Below, piece by piece: positions 41,423 to 55,577 of a stretch of DNA of 64,000 nt (positions are counted from its first letter, which is position 1; every line of letters begins with the position of its first letter). The notes beneath the pieces were generated by a model. That model saw nothing but the letters and a program-made list of their open reading frames with translations. It made no database searches and was not told where the DNA came from. Both the position numbers and the translations under genes were made by a program. Source of the DNA: Lytechinus pictus (lineage: Eukaryota); the NCBI RefSeq assembly GCF_037042905.1, contig NC_087247.1, forward strand, positions 15,996,001-16,060,000. Direction: 5' to 3'.

Positions 41423-42269
41423 AATTGTATATTTAGGAGTAAATTATTTTTCCAACACATGTACTTTTTCAAAGCTTTCCAAAAATAAGATCACTTCGTC
41501 ATTATTATCATGATTATAACGTAATTGTTTTTGTAATTTCTTGATTATTTTGTAACATTGCTTTTTTGTTGATTTTATGTGTATTTTTATGCTTTTTTTT
41601 GTAAAACATTTGCCAATTCAGCTGTAACAAGCTGCGATCATATATTTTAATAAATCTAGAATCATGAATCTTGAAAATACATGAAGATAGACTATAGGAA
41701 AAATGAAATATTCTAAGCAAAGATGTTTACGAGCAAATTATGACAGAAAATTGGACAGGTTTATTTTATAGGGATGCCGAGGCATTAAAACTCAAGTATA
41801 CAGTGCTTAAGGATCCGGGTACGAGACAGATCAAAACGTGACAGAGTTTGTAGATTGTGAGAGGAAAGGTGAGGAAGGGAATCAAGCAGTGCTTCTTGGC
41901 CTGGGGAAGGGAAGACGATAAGGGATGTCCTAGGAAGAGTTAGGGGGGTGATCTTTTTACATTATAGTCTTTCGCTCTGATCGCATTAATTCTATTTTCA
42001 TTTAGTTGATACAATATATGGTAGGTAATACGTATTTATGTATCTATATGATTCATTATGTAAGCATACTTTTTGTATTAATCTAAAAATAAATTATGTA
42101 ACGAATCAGTCTATGCCTGGCTAATTTTTACTGATTTATCAATAAAGACTTCTTGAATCAAAACAAAACAAAAATATTTGTATGAGGTGAATGGTGGTTC
42201 GAACCCAAGACATGACCAGAAGCATAAATCCGTTTAAGTCTTCTATCATGTTATTATGTCCATGATCAG

Positions 42270-42900
42270 TTAATTAAGATTGTTGATAGAGGCTGGGCGA
42301 TAGTTGGATTAATGGAAATGTTCTTTCCCCTATCTCAGCCTTTCAACAGATCTTCAAGTATGTCTTCTAAAATATACTGCAAGAATGTGAGGGCGTTCCA
42401 TTGGCTAATATTGCATTACAACAAGTCATCTATATTTTTATCAAAGGGCATGATGATCAAATCATAAAGTATTGATCATTTTTCAACCCATCCAACCTCT
42501 TCCCTTCTGTCTTTTGTATTTATTTCGAGGTTATATGCATTTATGATCCAACTGGGTGTACACATGTAAATTAATGAAGAAAGTTCCTTTACGTTTTTGT
42601 TTATTATGTCCACAACCACCCCTATTGTGGTCACTTCCGCCCCCTTATTAACATTATTATGTCCTTTCATAGTTCTCATCCCTGGCAACACACTCATTCT
42701 TCTTTCTTATATCTCATGGATGATGAACCTATACAAAGGTGGTGGCATCGTCGGCTGGAAAGCACGCGTCAATTATGGAGATGCAAAAAACAAGATTGCT
42801 GGAGCCATGTTCTATCCATTTTCTGTCAGGTTTTTGCACTTTTCTCTTGGTGTCGGGTTGTAACCTATCTCACCATCTGTGAGACTGTTTAACCCATCTA
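42270..42900 (-). pseudogene. Highly decayed RTE-clade reverse transcriptase fragment
   Basis: Colinear remnants LTE(K)WIEH..., gtgttgccagggatg (GVRQGC-like), MKGHNNV..ELSSLI..AYNLEINTK, KNISI. Confidence 0.55.
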
Positions 42901-43239
42901 AATCGGATAGATGACACTAGAATAGCTCCAGGAAAGCACAGATGATGCCTTCCCCCTTTTATGCACCACTTGTCTACAAAACTAGAAAATGAAAATGATA
43001 ATTTCTTTCCTCCAGAAGAAGGCGGGTTTTCCGACCGAGAATGCTTAAAACATCACATTAAGGGCATTTTTTCACAGAACGGGATGAATCCGTTGAATAA
43101 CTTCAGGGAAAATACATTTGTCGTCGAAAAGGGGTTGACGGGGAAGTTAAATTGAATCTAATTCACAATTTCGTTCACAATTAATGTTAAACTCAAAGGA
43201 GGTTTGATGAAATATTTGATTGATTTATTAGTAACAACA

Positions 43240-43435
43240 AAGACAGGAACAAGAACAACAAAAATAATAACGATAATATTAATAATAATAATGATAATAA
43301 TGATAATAATAACAATGATAATAATAATAATATTAATAATAAAAATAAACTGATGCATAGCGCATAATGAATTAATACTGCTCTATGCACACACAGCTAT
43401 CTAAATTATGCTTTTAGATGTCTTTTGAATGATTA
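43240..43435 (-). mobile_element. L2 tail with an expanded (ATT)n microsatellite
   Basis: SFKRHLKA remnant, gcgctatgcat, then (ATT)n on the minus strand. Confidence 0.55.
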
Positions 43436-43524
43436 TATTGATGTACTTATTCATCAGTTTTCATGTTAGAAATGTTTAGCACACCTTTTAAATGAGGTAT
43501 TCATATCTACATCTGATTTCAAAA

Positions 43525-43799
43525 CAGTAGCGTAACGAGCAAAATAGAATAAGGGGGCCAAATATGACGTATGGGGCAACATTTCTAAAATGCTGCGAGC
43601 GAGCGAATCGAGCAAGTAAAACTTTTTACATTTTTAATACAAAAAAATAATTTTGTGATAGATGAGTTTTGTCATATTCAGAAATTTTTATCATATTTCA
43701 GCCCTTTTCACTTCTTTTTGTTTGTTTTTCGCTATTTTTTTTATATTTATTTTGGTTGTGGTAATTTTGGGGGCTCAATGGCCCCAAGCTCCCCCAGTG
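43525..43799. mobile_element. hAT-type MITE, family A
   Basis: cagtagcgtaacgagc start, homologous body, TSD tttcaaaa/cttcaaag. Confidence 0.75.
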
Positions 43800-45253
43800 C
43801 TTCAAAGAAAGACCTTGATTTATTAGATATTGTACAAGCAGAAGCCAAAAATGATGATAAATTCTTCCGTTGAAACACACTTCTATTTCATGTTTTATAT
43901 ACTGTATCTATATATGTAGTTTTAATTTTGATTTTTTAAATTCAAAATGTGATAAATTTGGTTATGAAATATACTTCATATAATACGTCGTGGAGTTTTA
44001 AAAAAAAAAATTGCATAATGGACAAAATTTCCCTCTCTGTAAGTCGTATTTTTGAAAGACGAAAATTTTAATAAAAAATTGGTAAAATGGCGCGATTGTA
44101 TATATTGATTTTGCGCAAGCCTTATTGCATGAAATCGACATTTAAAGTGTCATATATCATGTACATTATGGTCATACCGTCATTCGGTTCTCCCTTATCG
44201 TATTTTGTTGGATTGATAGTAATAAAATAGTTAAATATAGGTATAACACGGTTCAATGTCCGTTCAGTTGAAGAGCTCGTTCATATATTACCTCCAAATT
44301 GTGTTATTATAGTCAATCCACAAATGTAAATTGAAACCCAATATCGAATTTCTATGTACACATATGCTTCGAGAGGTGGAGAAAATGAAATCATATTTCA
44401 GGAATAAAACTCTCTGGAGTATCACAGATACATATCAAGAGAAAGTGAATATTCTTATCTCTCCGCTCCCACGTTTGTCCGCAGGTGATGTTACCCGCAG
44501 AGGGATACCATATTTACTACATGCGCATATAGTCTACAGGTTTAAACAAAGGCAATATTTTTTAATGAAAACCATGTGAATAGTAGTTTAAGCAAATATC
44601 AATAAAAAGGAAGGTTTTGTAAAATTCTCATGACTCAGAAGTCATTAGCACTTTTTTAAAGAAATCGTTAAAGCTACATTTTTTTCTTCAACCGCCTTCT
44701 TAACAAGCATTGTGTCCGCCTTGTGATGGTAGTGGCCCCCTTGGGAATATTTAAAACAAAACCCATATCAGCTACGACTTACCAAAAACTGTGTTTGTAT
44801 TTGAATATAACATAAAAGTTTATTTGTCTTATAGTATTTGAGATTAAAAAGTAAATAAAACTTTGACTGGGACATTAACCATCACCCACTGCTAACGTAG
44901 ATTTATTTTGAACGCATTCAGCGGACGGTAGACCTGTTCTCATCGATATTCAATTCATGATACGAATTACGAAATTTCAAAATATAAAACTCAGTGACCA
45001 TCTTCCGTGTATACTAATGGTATAAAAGTAATCGGATTTAAAATACGATCAATTAGACAATCATTTATCTATTGCTATTCAAGAAGTAAAGTCTGTTCAT
45101 CGATGTTTCAGTAAAAAATAAGTACCTCATGTTAACCGTGGATTTCTTTCACCCCATCTACTTTTCTTGTTTCTTCTTCTAATACATGGTTATGACACAG
45201 TCCTACCGTCTCTAGATATAGGCCAAACGTATAACATTGTTTCCAATTACACA

Positions 45254-45471
45254 CACTTTAAAATGTTGGGCAACATACTGTCCACTGTGTTGGATAATTT
45301 ATGTTGGTAAAAATATATTCTGGGCAATTAATATTATCCATTTGAGCACATTTCATTTTCAATTATTAGTTTTTATTACCCAATTTTGGCAGATTTTAAT
45401 AGTTGTGTGGATAGTATGTTGCCCAGGGTTGCTTAAAAGTTGGGCCTTTTTGCCCAACTATTTTAAGAGTG
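45254..45471. mobile_element. EnSpm-like MITE
   Basis: cactttaaaatgttgggcaa / ttgcccaactattttaagagtg TIRs; CA on both sides. Confidence 0.75.
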
Positions 45472-46282
45472 CAGACTAACTGTCGATTTGGAGTGTTTAC
45501 GTTAGTATGACTGTTGCTTGTTTGCGGTATTGGCAACGCGTATAAACTCTTATGTGGGTTTGAGCTTAATGCACTCTCCAAGGTCGTCAATATACTTGTA
45601 TATGCAGACGATGTTTTGGCTGTGGTACGTGTGGAGAATTGATATTATCTCTAAAGCTTGTTGGATTGAATCTTTCCTGAAAAACAACCCTAACATGGGC
45701 TCGGAAACAGGCGCGGTTCTAGACTAAAAGTTGGTGTTACAGATGTAGATGAGGGCATTTAACGATAAAGGGAGGAGGGAGGGGGCCCGGGGGGGGGGGG
45801 TTGGACTGGTTTCCAGGAAATTGGTTTGTGTTAATTGATACTCGCTCTTGAGGCGTTTTTTTTAAAGACTTTGAACGTAAAAGGTATAATAGAACATGGC
45901 AGGAGATGGGGTTTTAATATTTCAATGACACTCCTTAAAAATATTACTAGGGAATGTCGTGACCAGGGAGAAATATTTTGAAGTGAAACCTAGCATTTGG
46001 AGCACTTTATGATCTTTACAAATTAATGTAGGGCAACATCGTTGAATTAAATGGGATATCAACATTCATGAAGGCTGCAAAAAAGGCCTAATGATCACTG
46101 CCCTGTATAACACAAAAGTATACACATATTGTAGAGAGTAGAGTCAATTCATTCTACATCTTGCTTCTATCATGGGGAAGGGGACGATCGCCATGAAAAT
46201 ATTGGGGATGCGGCAAACATATCGATTTGCCCTACCCAACAATTTTGAAAAATTTAAGAAAAATGTGTTTGACAAACATAGT

Positions 46283-47580
46283 GGGTGCGTCGTGGTCTAG
46301 TGGTTCTGACTCTCGCCTTTCAAACAGAGGGTCGTGGGTTCGAATCCTAGCCATGGCGTGTTTTCATTCAGCAAGAAATGTATCCACACTGTCGGCTTCA
46401 CTCGACCCAGGTGAGGTAAATGGGTAGCGGCAGGAAGTAATTCCTCAATAACAACTAGCTTAGCCGGGGTAATATAGGAGCGCCTTGAGCACCTAGCAAG
46501 GTGGATACGTGTGCTGTACACAGTGGCGTAACTACGGGGGGGCATGGGGGGGCACGTGCCCCCCCCCCCAATCGGCTGACACAAAAAAAAAAAAAAAAAA
46601 AAAAAACGGGGTAAAGGAGAAAAAGAGGGAGAAAGGAAGAGAAACTAAATGGGAAAGAAGACATTATTGTTTATTATAATGAAAACCTCCCGTTTTCAAG
46701 TCAATATACACCAAACTGCCAAATATATTTCCTCGCACTTCGAGTTATTATTGTTTTATGTACAATAGTATGCTTCTTTTTCATGACTACTTAAAGTGAT
46801 TGCCCCATTTTAAGGTCTTAATATAAAACATTTCCTGTCCGTGCTTACGTTCGCAGTAGTGGATTGGTGAAATAATGTCTGCTCTCCATGAATTCCTAGA
46901 ATCAGTCCTTAAAATGTCCCTTTTTCTAATCTGAATATCAAAAATTTTCAGCTCGCGCTTCGCGCTCGCATCATTTGGTTAGTTAACTACGTATTGTCTT
47001 CGTGAATTCCTACAAACAAGCTTTAAAATGCCCCTCTTCAGGTCTGAATTTCCTAAATTTTCAGCTCAGGCTTCGCGCTCGCAAGATTTGATTAGTGAGA
47101 TGGGTATGTTAATCATGATTACAAGTTCTTTATGTGCATGTTTAGATGGAATTCTAACAAAATCAGCAAGCGCTTATTGGCACTCGCATTAGATGACTAT
47201 GGTGAGATGTGTATACTCTTAATGGATTCCTAAAATATAGTCCTTAAAATCTTCCTGTTTTGGGGTCAATATTTACAAAAGTTTCAGTTTCAGGTACGTA
47301 TCATGATTACAAAAGATTGATTATAATGTCCCTTTTTATGTCTGAATATCAAAAATTTTAAGCTCGCGCTTCGCGCTCGCATTATTTGACCAGTGAGAGA
47401 CATATCCGTTTAATGGCACTGTCCTTAAAATGTCTATTAGGTCAGTATACCTGGCAACTGGGCGCGCTTTGCGCGCTCACTTAGTGACTCAAGTTTTTTG
47501 CTGGTGCCCCCCCCCCCCCAATGCCGTGACCCACGGTACGCCACTGGCTGTATAAATCCTATATTATTCATTTATTTATC
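46283..47580 (+). mobile_element. Full-length tRNA-derived SINE with L2-type tail, split by a MITE
   Basis: A-box tggtctagtgg, B-box ggttcgaatcc, core cccaggtgaggtaaatgggta; tail resumes at 47547. Confidence 0.9.
46521..47546 (+). mobile_element. hAT-type MITE, family B (1026 bp)
   Basis: cagtggcgta...tacgccactg; 8-bp TSD gctgtaca/gctgtata; internal gctcgcgcttcgcgctcgc repeats. Confidence 0.9.
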
Positions 47581-48379
47581 TGAAACCGCTATAAAACCAT
47601 CAGAATTTGACATGAAAATACTATTATACATATAAAACTGTAAACTTTTCGGTGAGCTTCACGCGCAAAATTCTGTATTTTAATTTGGTGGCCGAAATAT
47701 CTTGGACACTTTCTTTACCCCCTCTCGCCATCCAAAACATAGATCAGCACTACTGACTCTAAACTATATGTTTTTAATAAGTTTAGCCTCTATCAGGGAG
47801 TATATAGCGACAGAGACATTTTCTAAAGAAAAATGTCCTAAAGAATGACAAAAATTCGGAGCGCTTTTGACAAAACACTGCAGGTTTAGAGTTTAAACTT
47901 CAATTTTATGGCATTTCGTGGTGGGTGAAGTATACATAGGAGGGTTAAGATGCAAGACAGTCTACTATAGCCTATTGCAGGAGATTATTGATTCACTATA
48001 ATCACACTTTAAGAAAGCATTAATGTATTCTTCATTTAGATGATATTTTGCGAGGGAGCGTTAAACGACCGAGAGAGAAAATGTTAGAATTTGTTAGAAA
48101 ATGTTAGCATACGCATGGGTTTTGCAAATAGTGTACGTCCCGTGTGGTTTTTTAAACGGTTATTTTTTCTGCCAAAACTTCCTACAACCTAAACCTACTA
48201 ACCTTAACTCTAATCCAAATATCATAATCTTATCCTAACATTGAATGGAGTAACATGAATATTAAACACAAAATATGGGGCTGGGTTTGGATGCACTGTT
48301 ATATTTTTTGCTTAATTTGAACGCTATTAGAGATTCAACAGGAAATACCACTTTTGGGAATTATTAATATTTATTTGCT

Positions 48380-48720
48380 ATAATTTAGATTTAGATTTAT
48401 TTATTTCCGTTCAACAAAATTTTAATATATAATCAAAGTAACAATACATATTCAATATAATACAGACAGATCAATTACATTTCGTAACAAATATTGAAGA
48501 TATATTAAACAAAATCAAAGTGAGTTGCGATTATTTTACCTATGAAAAGAATGTAGAAATGAACGGAGGGACTTGCCAAGAAAACCAAAGCTTGTATAGA
48601 AGGCAACTAATTATAAACAAACTATATATACAACTATGTACAAAAATGGAGACGGACACGGAAGACGAGCTTAAAACAAGTAATCTACAAATATCAAAAT
48701 AAAGCGAATATGCGACAACA
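48380..48720 (-). mobile_element. Crack/L2-group LINE 3'UTR remnant
   Basis: Minus-strand acaagctttggtttt motif like that near 35026; aataaa and (TCTAAA)n end. Confidence 0.5.
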
Positions 48721-49229
48721 AAAATAAGAAAAAGTAGTTCAAATGATAATAATTACAGTGAGGCTATGGTCTTTTCATTGATTATCTATTTATTTGATAA
48801 TCTGTCATTATCATCTCACCTTGTTTTTTCCAGCTTTTTTATGGTATCATCATTATTGCTGTTATCAGATGGACGTGAATTCCGCATAAAACGAGTCACA
48901 TAAACTTTGAATGAGTTATTTTGACTCGAAGATAACAATAACATTTAGAATATCAATAATGATACTAATTGTATATAATAATGATAATAATTATGATAAT
49001 GATAATTGTAACAGTAACATGAATAATGATGATATGGCATGCATGCATGATTCCACAAATTAGAGTTGCCTTGCCAAATTTCCGTCAGTTGAGGAATTCT
49101 GACCGTCTTTGTCGCATACCTTGCCGTACTTCTAGGTACCAAAATTCATTCCTACCTCAAGCAGTGAAGATAATCAATGATCTGAAACTTGTTTAATTTC
49201 ATTACTAGCTTGTATCTTTTGTTGATGAA

Positions 49230-49575
49230 CAGTACTTTCCCATTTTCGCCCTCTTTCCCTTTTCTCTCTCCTCATTTCTGTCTTTTTTCTATTTCTCTTT
49301 CTTTTTTTCCCTTCAGTCTCTTGTTATTCTTTCTTTCTTTTCTCTCCCCTCTCTTGGAATTCTCTGCCTCCTTCTTGCTTCTCCCCCTTTCTCTTTTCTC
49401 TCTCTCCTTTCTCCCCTCTTCTCCTTCCTCCCCCTTTCCTCCCTCTCTTTCTATTTCCATTTATTTTTCTATTTCTTTCTCTTTTTCCCTCTCTCACTCC
49501 TCTTCCTATCTTTTCCTTTTTTTCTTGTTTTAACACTTCTTTTTCTGTTTCTGCCTTTCCTCTCCTATTTTTCTT
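49230..49575. repeat. Polypyrimidine low-complexity tract
   Basis: Direct reading. Confidence 0.9.
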
Positions 49576-49605
49576 TTCGGAAGTATTTGTTGCTGTACTG
49601 TTTCA

Positions 49606-50182
49606 AGGAGAATGAAACCTTTGGAACAAGATAGCTTGCGTGAAAACAGAAAAATAAAAAAAATAGGTCAACGAAACTTTGAGAAAAAATTGACAAATAA
49701 TGAGAAAGTTATGAGCATTTGAATATTGCGATCACTAATGCTATGGAGATCCTCACATGCGACGAAGATAATGATGTCACTTGTGAACAACTCTCCCCAT
49801 TACTTTAGTATATATTTTAATTAAACTGCCTTTTTTATCACATCTATATAAGTAGATCATGTGTTCTTTCTATAGGAGGGCATGTACAGATTTTAAAAAA
49901 TACATCATGGATAAAGAGTTTGTGTCACCATAAGAAAAAGCAAAAAGAGACAATTTGGAGGTATTTTATATAGTCGATCAAAGGGGAAGTTGTTCACATG
50001 TGACATCACACATCCTTGTCGCATTGCCAATGGAAGAATCTCCATAGCATTAGTGATTGCAACATTCAAATGCTCATTACTTTCTCATTATTTGTCCGAT
50101 TTTTCTCAAACTTTCTTTGGTCTTATTCTTTGATTTTTCTGTTTCGACACAAGCCTATTTGTTCCAAAGGTTTCATTTCACT
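49606..50182. mobile_element. Kolobok-type MITE with ~195-bp TIRs
   Basis: aatgaaacctttggaacaa...gtgaacaact is inverted at the right end; flanks TTCA/TTAA. Confidence 0.85.
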
Positions 50183-51469
50183 TTAAGGTTGAATTTATGG
50201 CTTGCACACGTTTAATAATTGCAATTAATCTCCTCATGTGCAATATCAACAAGGTACATGGACTTCTTGCATGACAATAATAATGACAATGTTAAAATAT
50301 TTGTCAGTTTCCAGGGAGTCTGTATCCTCATCTCTACTTTCCCCTTTTTGTGCTCGCTTCAATTACTACTTAACTTACATTTTAGTGACCATTGTTAAAT
50401 GTCTTGTATTGTATAATGAGTTTTTATTCTTAAGGTTGCCTCTTTTTCTCTTTCCAGTTTCTACTCTTGCTTTCCCTTTTCTTTTGACTTATCCCTATTT
50501 CTTTCCCTTTTCTCCTCCTTTTCCTCTCCTCTTTCTTCCTAATCTTTCACTCCCCCTATTCTTCATTGGTGACACCTTGTAGTAATTATGTTATTGCTTT
50601 TGACATTTACTTATGATACATTTCTTTTTCATCTGTATGAATCTGTATTGTATTTAAATATTTATTCATAATGTTTACTTTATATTTTGTTATGTTTCTA
50701 TTTGTACATGTAAACAGTCACACATTTCAGACTTTGACTGCTTGTGATTGTATTTTGATAGTTTATATTGCAATAAAATCCAATATATATGATCATAATA
50801 ACAGTAGTTATTCATGGAGAGGATCATAAGCATTATAGGTGACTGTGCATGGCCGATTATAATTTCAAGTATTTTCAATACTTTAAAATGAATATGCCGA
50901 TTAACCCTGCCCCCCCCCCCCAGCCCTCTCCCCCGCCGCATTTCAACTTTTTGCTGATCGATAGGGTGATGTCACCATGCACACCAGTCATGCTATTGGA
51001 GATTGTACCGCTCTATACCCCTCTTTGGAGAGCTGACCAACCATGTATCTTTCCAGGTACTTGTCAATCAGCGATAACTTATATTGAATGTCTGATCCGG
51101 GACAACAACGTTATAGGTCACACAACTCAAAATCCATGCCATGTACACAGTTAATAGAATCCAATTGGGCGAAAGCTTTCTCATCAAAATAATCATTGGT
51201 CGCAGCCTGCCCTTGTTGATAGACATAAGATAATTTCATAACACTCTTGATTTCATTCCTAAGAAAGATGATTTTTCTTGAGCGTTTATCATCATGATTA
51301 CAAGGAATATGGAAAGGAATCCACAGCACGTCTATTAAGGGTGCAGGGGTATTTCTTTGCAGAAGTAGAATTATGTGTCAGACATTCGACCAGCCTTTGG
51401 TTCTTTATCCCCTTATCTTTACCTCGTAATAACCCGAATTATTCTATAACAAGCTTCTTATTGGCCCAC

Positions 51470-52134
51470 ACAGTCGTGACGTAACAATCATAAACCGCTC
51501 TCTTCAAGTGAACGCACTTACGTACACACGCGAACATGAAAACCCCGAGGAAAGCATTTCGCGTATCAGTGTTCATTCCAGATAGCTAGATGCAGTGCTT
51601 GGCTGCGTGTCATCGCCATTAAATGGTCTGCTAGCGTGTATACATACGATCATGATACTTCACTTCTTGCTCACAAACTCAGTTACCCCCGTCGAATTGT
51701 GTAAACATTGGATGGTGGTCATGATGACAACTCATGTACAACGTTCAAGGCGACACAAACAACACTAAATGGACCATGAATTATTGATTGTTTACCCAAA
51801 TTATGTTCCTAGTTTGGATATTGACGTGAAGAGGATGATTTCTGTGGAATAACGGACTACTCTGAACCCAAGGAAAGATCAAACAAGTTTTGTTTTCAAA
51901 CTAGTTCCACATCTTTTTTAGATTGTGTTTCTATGTTTACCAGATCAACGTTTGGCGCAGATTGTTTATCAAGACCGACTATGTTCCAACTTACTTTGGA
52001 GTTGGAAGTGAGAGTTTATGAGAAAAGCTTTTCATTGATTTCGAAGATAGGCCACGTCGCCTAGCTAGTCCTTTATCATCCAATGTTTTCATATCTAATC
52101 AAGATTGGATTGTCTTCATATATTTACTACAAGG
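51470..52134 (+). promoter_or_regulatory. Candidate Pol II promoter and first non-coding exon
   Basis: Repeat-free, CpG-richer stretch with a gtgacgtaa CRE-like site, Inr-like TCAGTT at 51679 and a weak donor near 52134; motif evidence only. Confidence 0.3.
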
Positions 52135-52226
52135 TTAATTAATCGTACATTCTTTTGCCCCTAGGACTTTAGATTTCTATGTAAGCGGGTGGGTTTATGA
52201 CAACAAAATCACATCGATATAGTTAC

Positions 52227-53193
52227 TAGGCTAGTAGACGGGGAGGGGGGGGGGGTTCGCATGGAACCCCACCGATTGGAAACAGCACAAAGAAAAAAAA
52301 AGGAAAAGGAAGAGGAAAGGTTGAAAGGACGAAAAAGATAGGAAAAGAAAGATAAGTGAAGGGGAAGAAGGGTTGGGGGAATGATTAATTCAATTTGATT
52401 ATTAATATACACAGTTTGTTCTTTATATTTACAAACGTGCGTAAAATGTCGAGTTTTCAGATTGGAATATCGAAAAATTCAGTTTGCGCTTTTAAGCAAG
52501 ATACCCATCCTTTTAATGAATTAGAAAAAGTGAATAGAATGTCCCGATTTTAGGTCTAAACATTCAGGTTCGCAATAATTGTTTATTTGGCACATATCCT
52601 GTCCATTTTTCAGATCAGAATATCAAAAGTTTGTTTAGCTCGCGGTTAGCACTTGCATACACTTTAATTTATCAGATGACCATATGTTACTATACAAAAG
52701 GGGCGTAGAATGACCCGTTTCTTAGATCTAAATCGCCAAAAATTTCACCTCGCGCTTGCATCAATTGATTGGTTACATACCCATCCTAAATAAATCATGT
52801 TTACAATCAGCGCTGAGAATTTCGATTTTTCAAGGCCCAAACAGACCACTTTTCAGGTCAGTATATTAAAAATTTCTGCTCGCGCTCACATTTGTTGTTT
52901 AGTACGCATCTTGATCAAGATTTTAAAAAATGCTTAGAATCCTCAATTTTCAGGTGTAAATACATTATTTATGTTTATGAGATACCTTATCCAAGACTAA
53001 AGTTCAGATGTACTTAACAGTCTTTAGGAGAGTAACTTTCAGCTGCTCATCGGAAAACATGCGGATGAAAATATTTCCTGCCATCCTATTGTCAAATGCT
53101 GGACCCGAAACTATAAATGTCCACTTTTTATAATTAAGACCCCCCCCCCTCCCCCCTCCCCCGCCCCCGTAAGAAATCTTGGCTACGGGCCTG
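52227..53193. mobile_element. Old hAT-like MITE related to family B
   Basis: taggctagtagac / gctacgggcctg termini, G/C runs, degenerate ctcgcgc internal repeats. Confidence 0.6.
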
Positions 53194-53957
53194 GTTACAA
53201 TGTTTAGAATGATCTTTTCGATGTTTTCATAATCTTTTCTCTATTTACCAAAATGAGAGCTTGTTGATCTAGATCTAATTACTAAGATTTTAAAATATAA
53301 GGAATCAAACTTTTAGAGAAAGGATTTTTTCCAAAAAAAAAAATCTTGAGATGTGTATTTAAAACATAAATCTATGGCTACGAAAGCAATAAAAGCAGAT
53401 ATTTTGTTTGCAAATCACCTTTGTTGGATAAACCATGCAATGTCTCTAACGTAGGGAGATCAATTTTGGCAGGCTTCAGTAGCCATGTGACAGAATGCTC
53501 AAGGCGAATCTACTTTACCCTCTGTGTGTATGGCAATTATTCCATGCTTTGCCCAACATGTGCATTATCGATCAACAATTAAGAGTGTGTTTTGACAGAA
53601 CACAGGTGTATTTACCTACTTTTTAATCATGTTGGGTAATAATTTTTTACAAAGGAGCAGCTGCTCCTAACTATATAGGAACCCATATGCCAAAATTTAT
53701 ATTTTGTTGATATTAGAAAAATTGTCATTTTTTGGTATCATTTGTTTCTTACATCTATGAACTGAGCGACAGACAATCGATTATGAAAAAGAAATATTGA
53801 GTATAAAATTGAATATATCATGTGTTGTGGATTATAAATATTATAAAGCAGTTTGAAAACTACACTGACTTCCTAATAGAAGAAGAAAAAAAATTATTGA
53901 CATTTCATGTATTCTTTGATGGCTTTGATAATTGTTTTATTCTTTTTCTCTTAACAG

Positions 53958-54046
53958 ACATTTCAACTGCGAGGATTTACAAGTTAAAGACTAAGAATTT
54001 GAAGATCCTTCTAGCGATGTTATTGGAATAATTCAAATAATAACAG
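53958..54046 (+). other. Candidate non-coding (5'UTR or lncRNA) exon, 89 bp
   Basis: Strong acceptor ttctttttctcttaacag and donor cag|gtaaga; stop codons in all three frames. Confidence 0.5.
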
Positions 54047-54465
54047 GTAAGAAAACCTTTTTTGCTTCACAGTCAATTACGTCATGAAAATAATATACTG
54101 GTTAGTTGAATATTTTGGGACTCTTAGATTCTAATGTGATGATTAAACCTGATTCTTATGAGTTATTAAAATATTTACTGTAACTTATACGTGCAAGTTT
54201 GAATAAGAATCTCCACACTTAAATAATAATGGCAAATGCAACTTGAGGTACAAAACCTTGTCAAATTGAATAAAATAGGTATTATTTCAAATTTGATATT
54301 TCAGAAACCTGATCTGAATTTGCTTCGTTATTGATCAAAATTCCAAAGTTTGTAATAATAATATTCTGATCATTTTTATATTAGTATTGTAACTTTGAAT
54401 TGAAAAGTAATTAAATCACAGGGTATGTCAATAAAAAGCAAACCAAATTTTCATGACTGTTTTAA

Positions 54466-54605
54466 CGGGTACCGGCAGGAAGTAATTCCTCAAAAAGCTT
54501 TGCGCACCAGAATCGGTAGACTAGCTTAGCCGGGGTAATATAGGAGCGCCTTGAGCACCTAGCAAGGTGGATACGTGCGCTATACAAATCCTATATTATT
54601 ATTAT
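54466..54605 (+). mobile_element. 5'-truncated copy of the 46.3-kb SINE
   Basis: ggcaggaagtaattcctc...ctagcttagccggggtaatataggagcgccttgagcacctagcaaggtggatacgtg matches; intact tail gcgctatacaaatcctatattatt. Confidence 0.9.
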
Positions 54606-54765
54606 AGCAAATATCAAATTGATGAAATATATCATTCTTGAAAGTATGAATTATTAGATTTGAATTAGGTTTGTTTGACCATGTATCACCTTTGTTCCCG
54701 AAAAATAGTGCAAATAACAGGCGATTCACTTCCACTGTACACTGAATCGGCAAATTCTGAAGGCC

Positions 54766-55577
54766 CAGAGGCGTACCATGGGTCACGGCGTTGGTGGGGG
54801 GGGGGGGGGGGGGGCACCAGCAAAAATGTTGAGTCACTAAGTGAGCGCGCTAATAAAAATATATTAAGACCAGTGCCATTAAACAGATATGTATCTCACT
54901 GATGAAATAATGTGAGCGCGAAGCGCGAGCTGAAATTTTTTGATATTCAGAGCTAAAAAGGGACATTTTAATCAAATTTTTGTAATCATGATACGTACCT
55001 GTCTCGCTAAACAATGCGAGCTGAAATGTTTGTATACATGATATTTAGATCAGAAAAGGGGAAATTTTTAGGACTGATTTTAGGAATTCATGGAGAGCAG
55101 ACATTATGTCACCAAACCACTGATGCGAACGTAAGCACGGAAGGAAATGTTTTATATTAAGACCTTAGAATGGGGCAATCGCTTTAAGTAGTCATGAAAA
55201 AGAAGCATATGTCACTATAATAACTCGAAGTGCGAGGAAATATATTTGGTGAGTTGACTTGAAACGGGAGGTTTTAGTACAATAAGATTATATATCTCAT
55301 TAAACAAACAACGCGAGCACCAGGAACAATGAAGACATAGGCCCTAAGCAAATTACGTTACATAAAGTAATGGCAAAATGTTTCTTATGTAATATATAAC
55401 ATAACATAATTATAATATAATACAACATTAAAATGAACAATAATTTTTCTTTCCCATTAAGTTTCTCTTCCTCCTTTCTCCCTCTTTTTCTCCCTTTCCC
55501 CGTTTTTTTTTTTGGTCAGTCAATTGATGGGGGGCACGAGCCCCCATGCCCCCCCCCCCCCCGTAGTTACACCACAG
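54766..55577 (-). mobile_element. hAT-type MITE, family B (inverted copy)
   Basis: Reverse-complement homolog of 46521-47546 with internal deletions. Confidence 0.85.

Noticed and set aside
46283-46356. Functional tRNA gene
   Set aside because: Acceptor and anticodon stems are mismatched and it continues into a SINE body and tail.
46521-55577. Composite transposon bounded by the inverted MITE pair
   Set aside because: The left MITE has its own 8-bp TSD, so it inserted independently.
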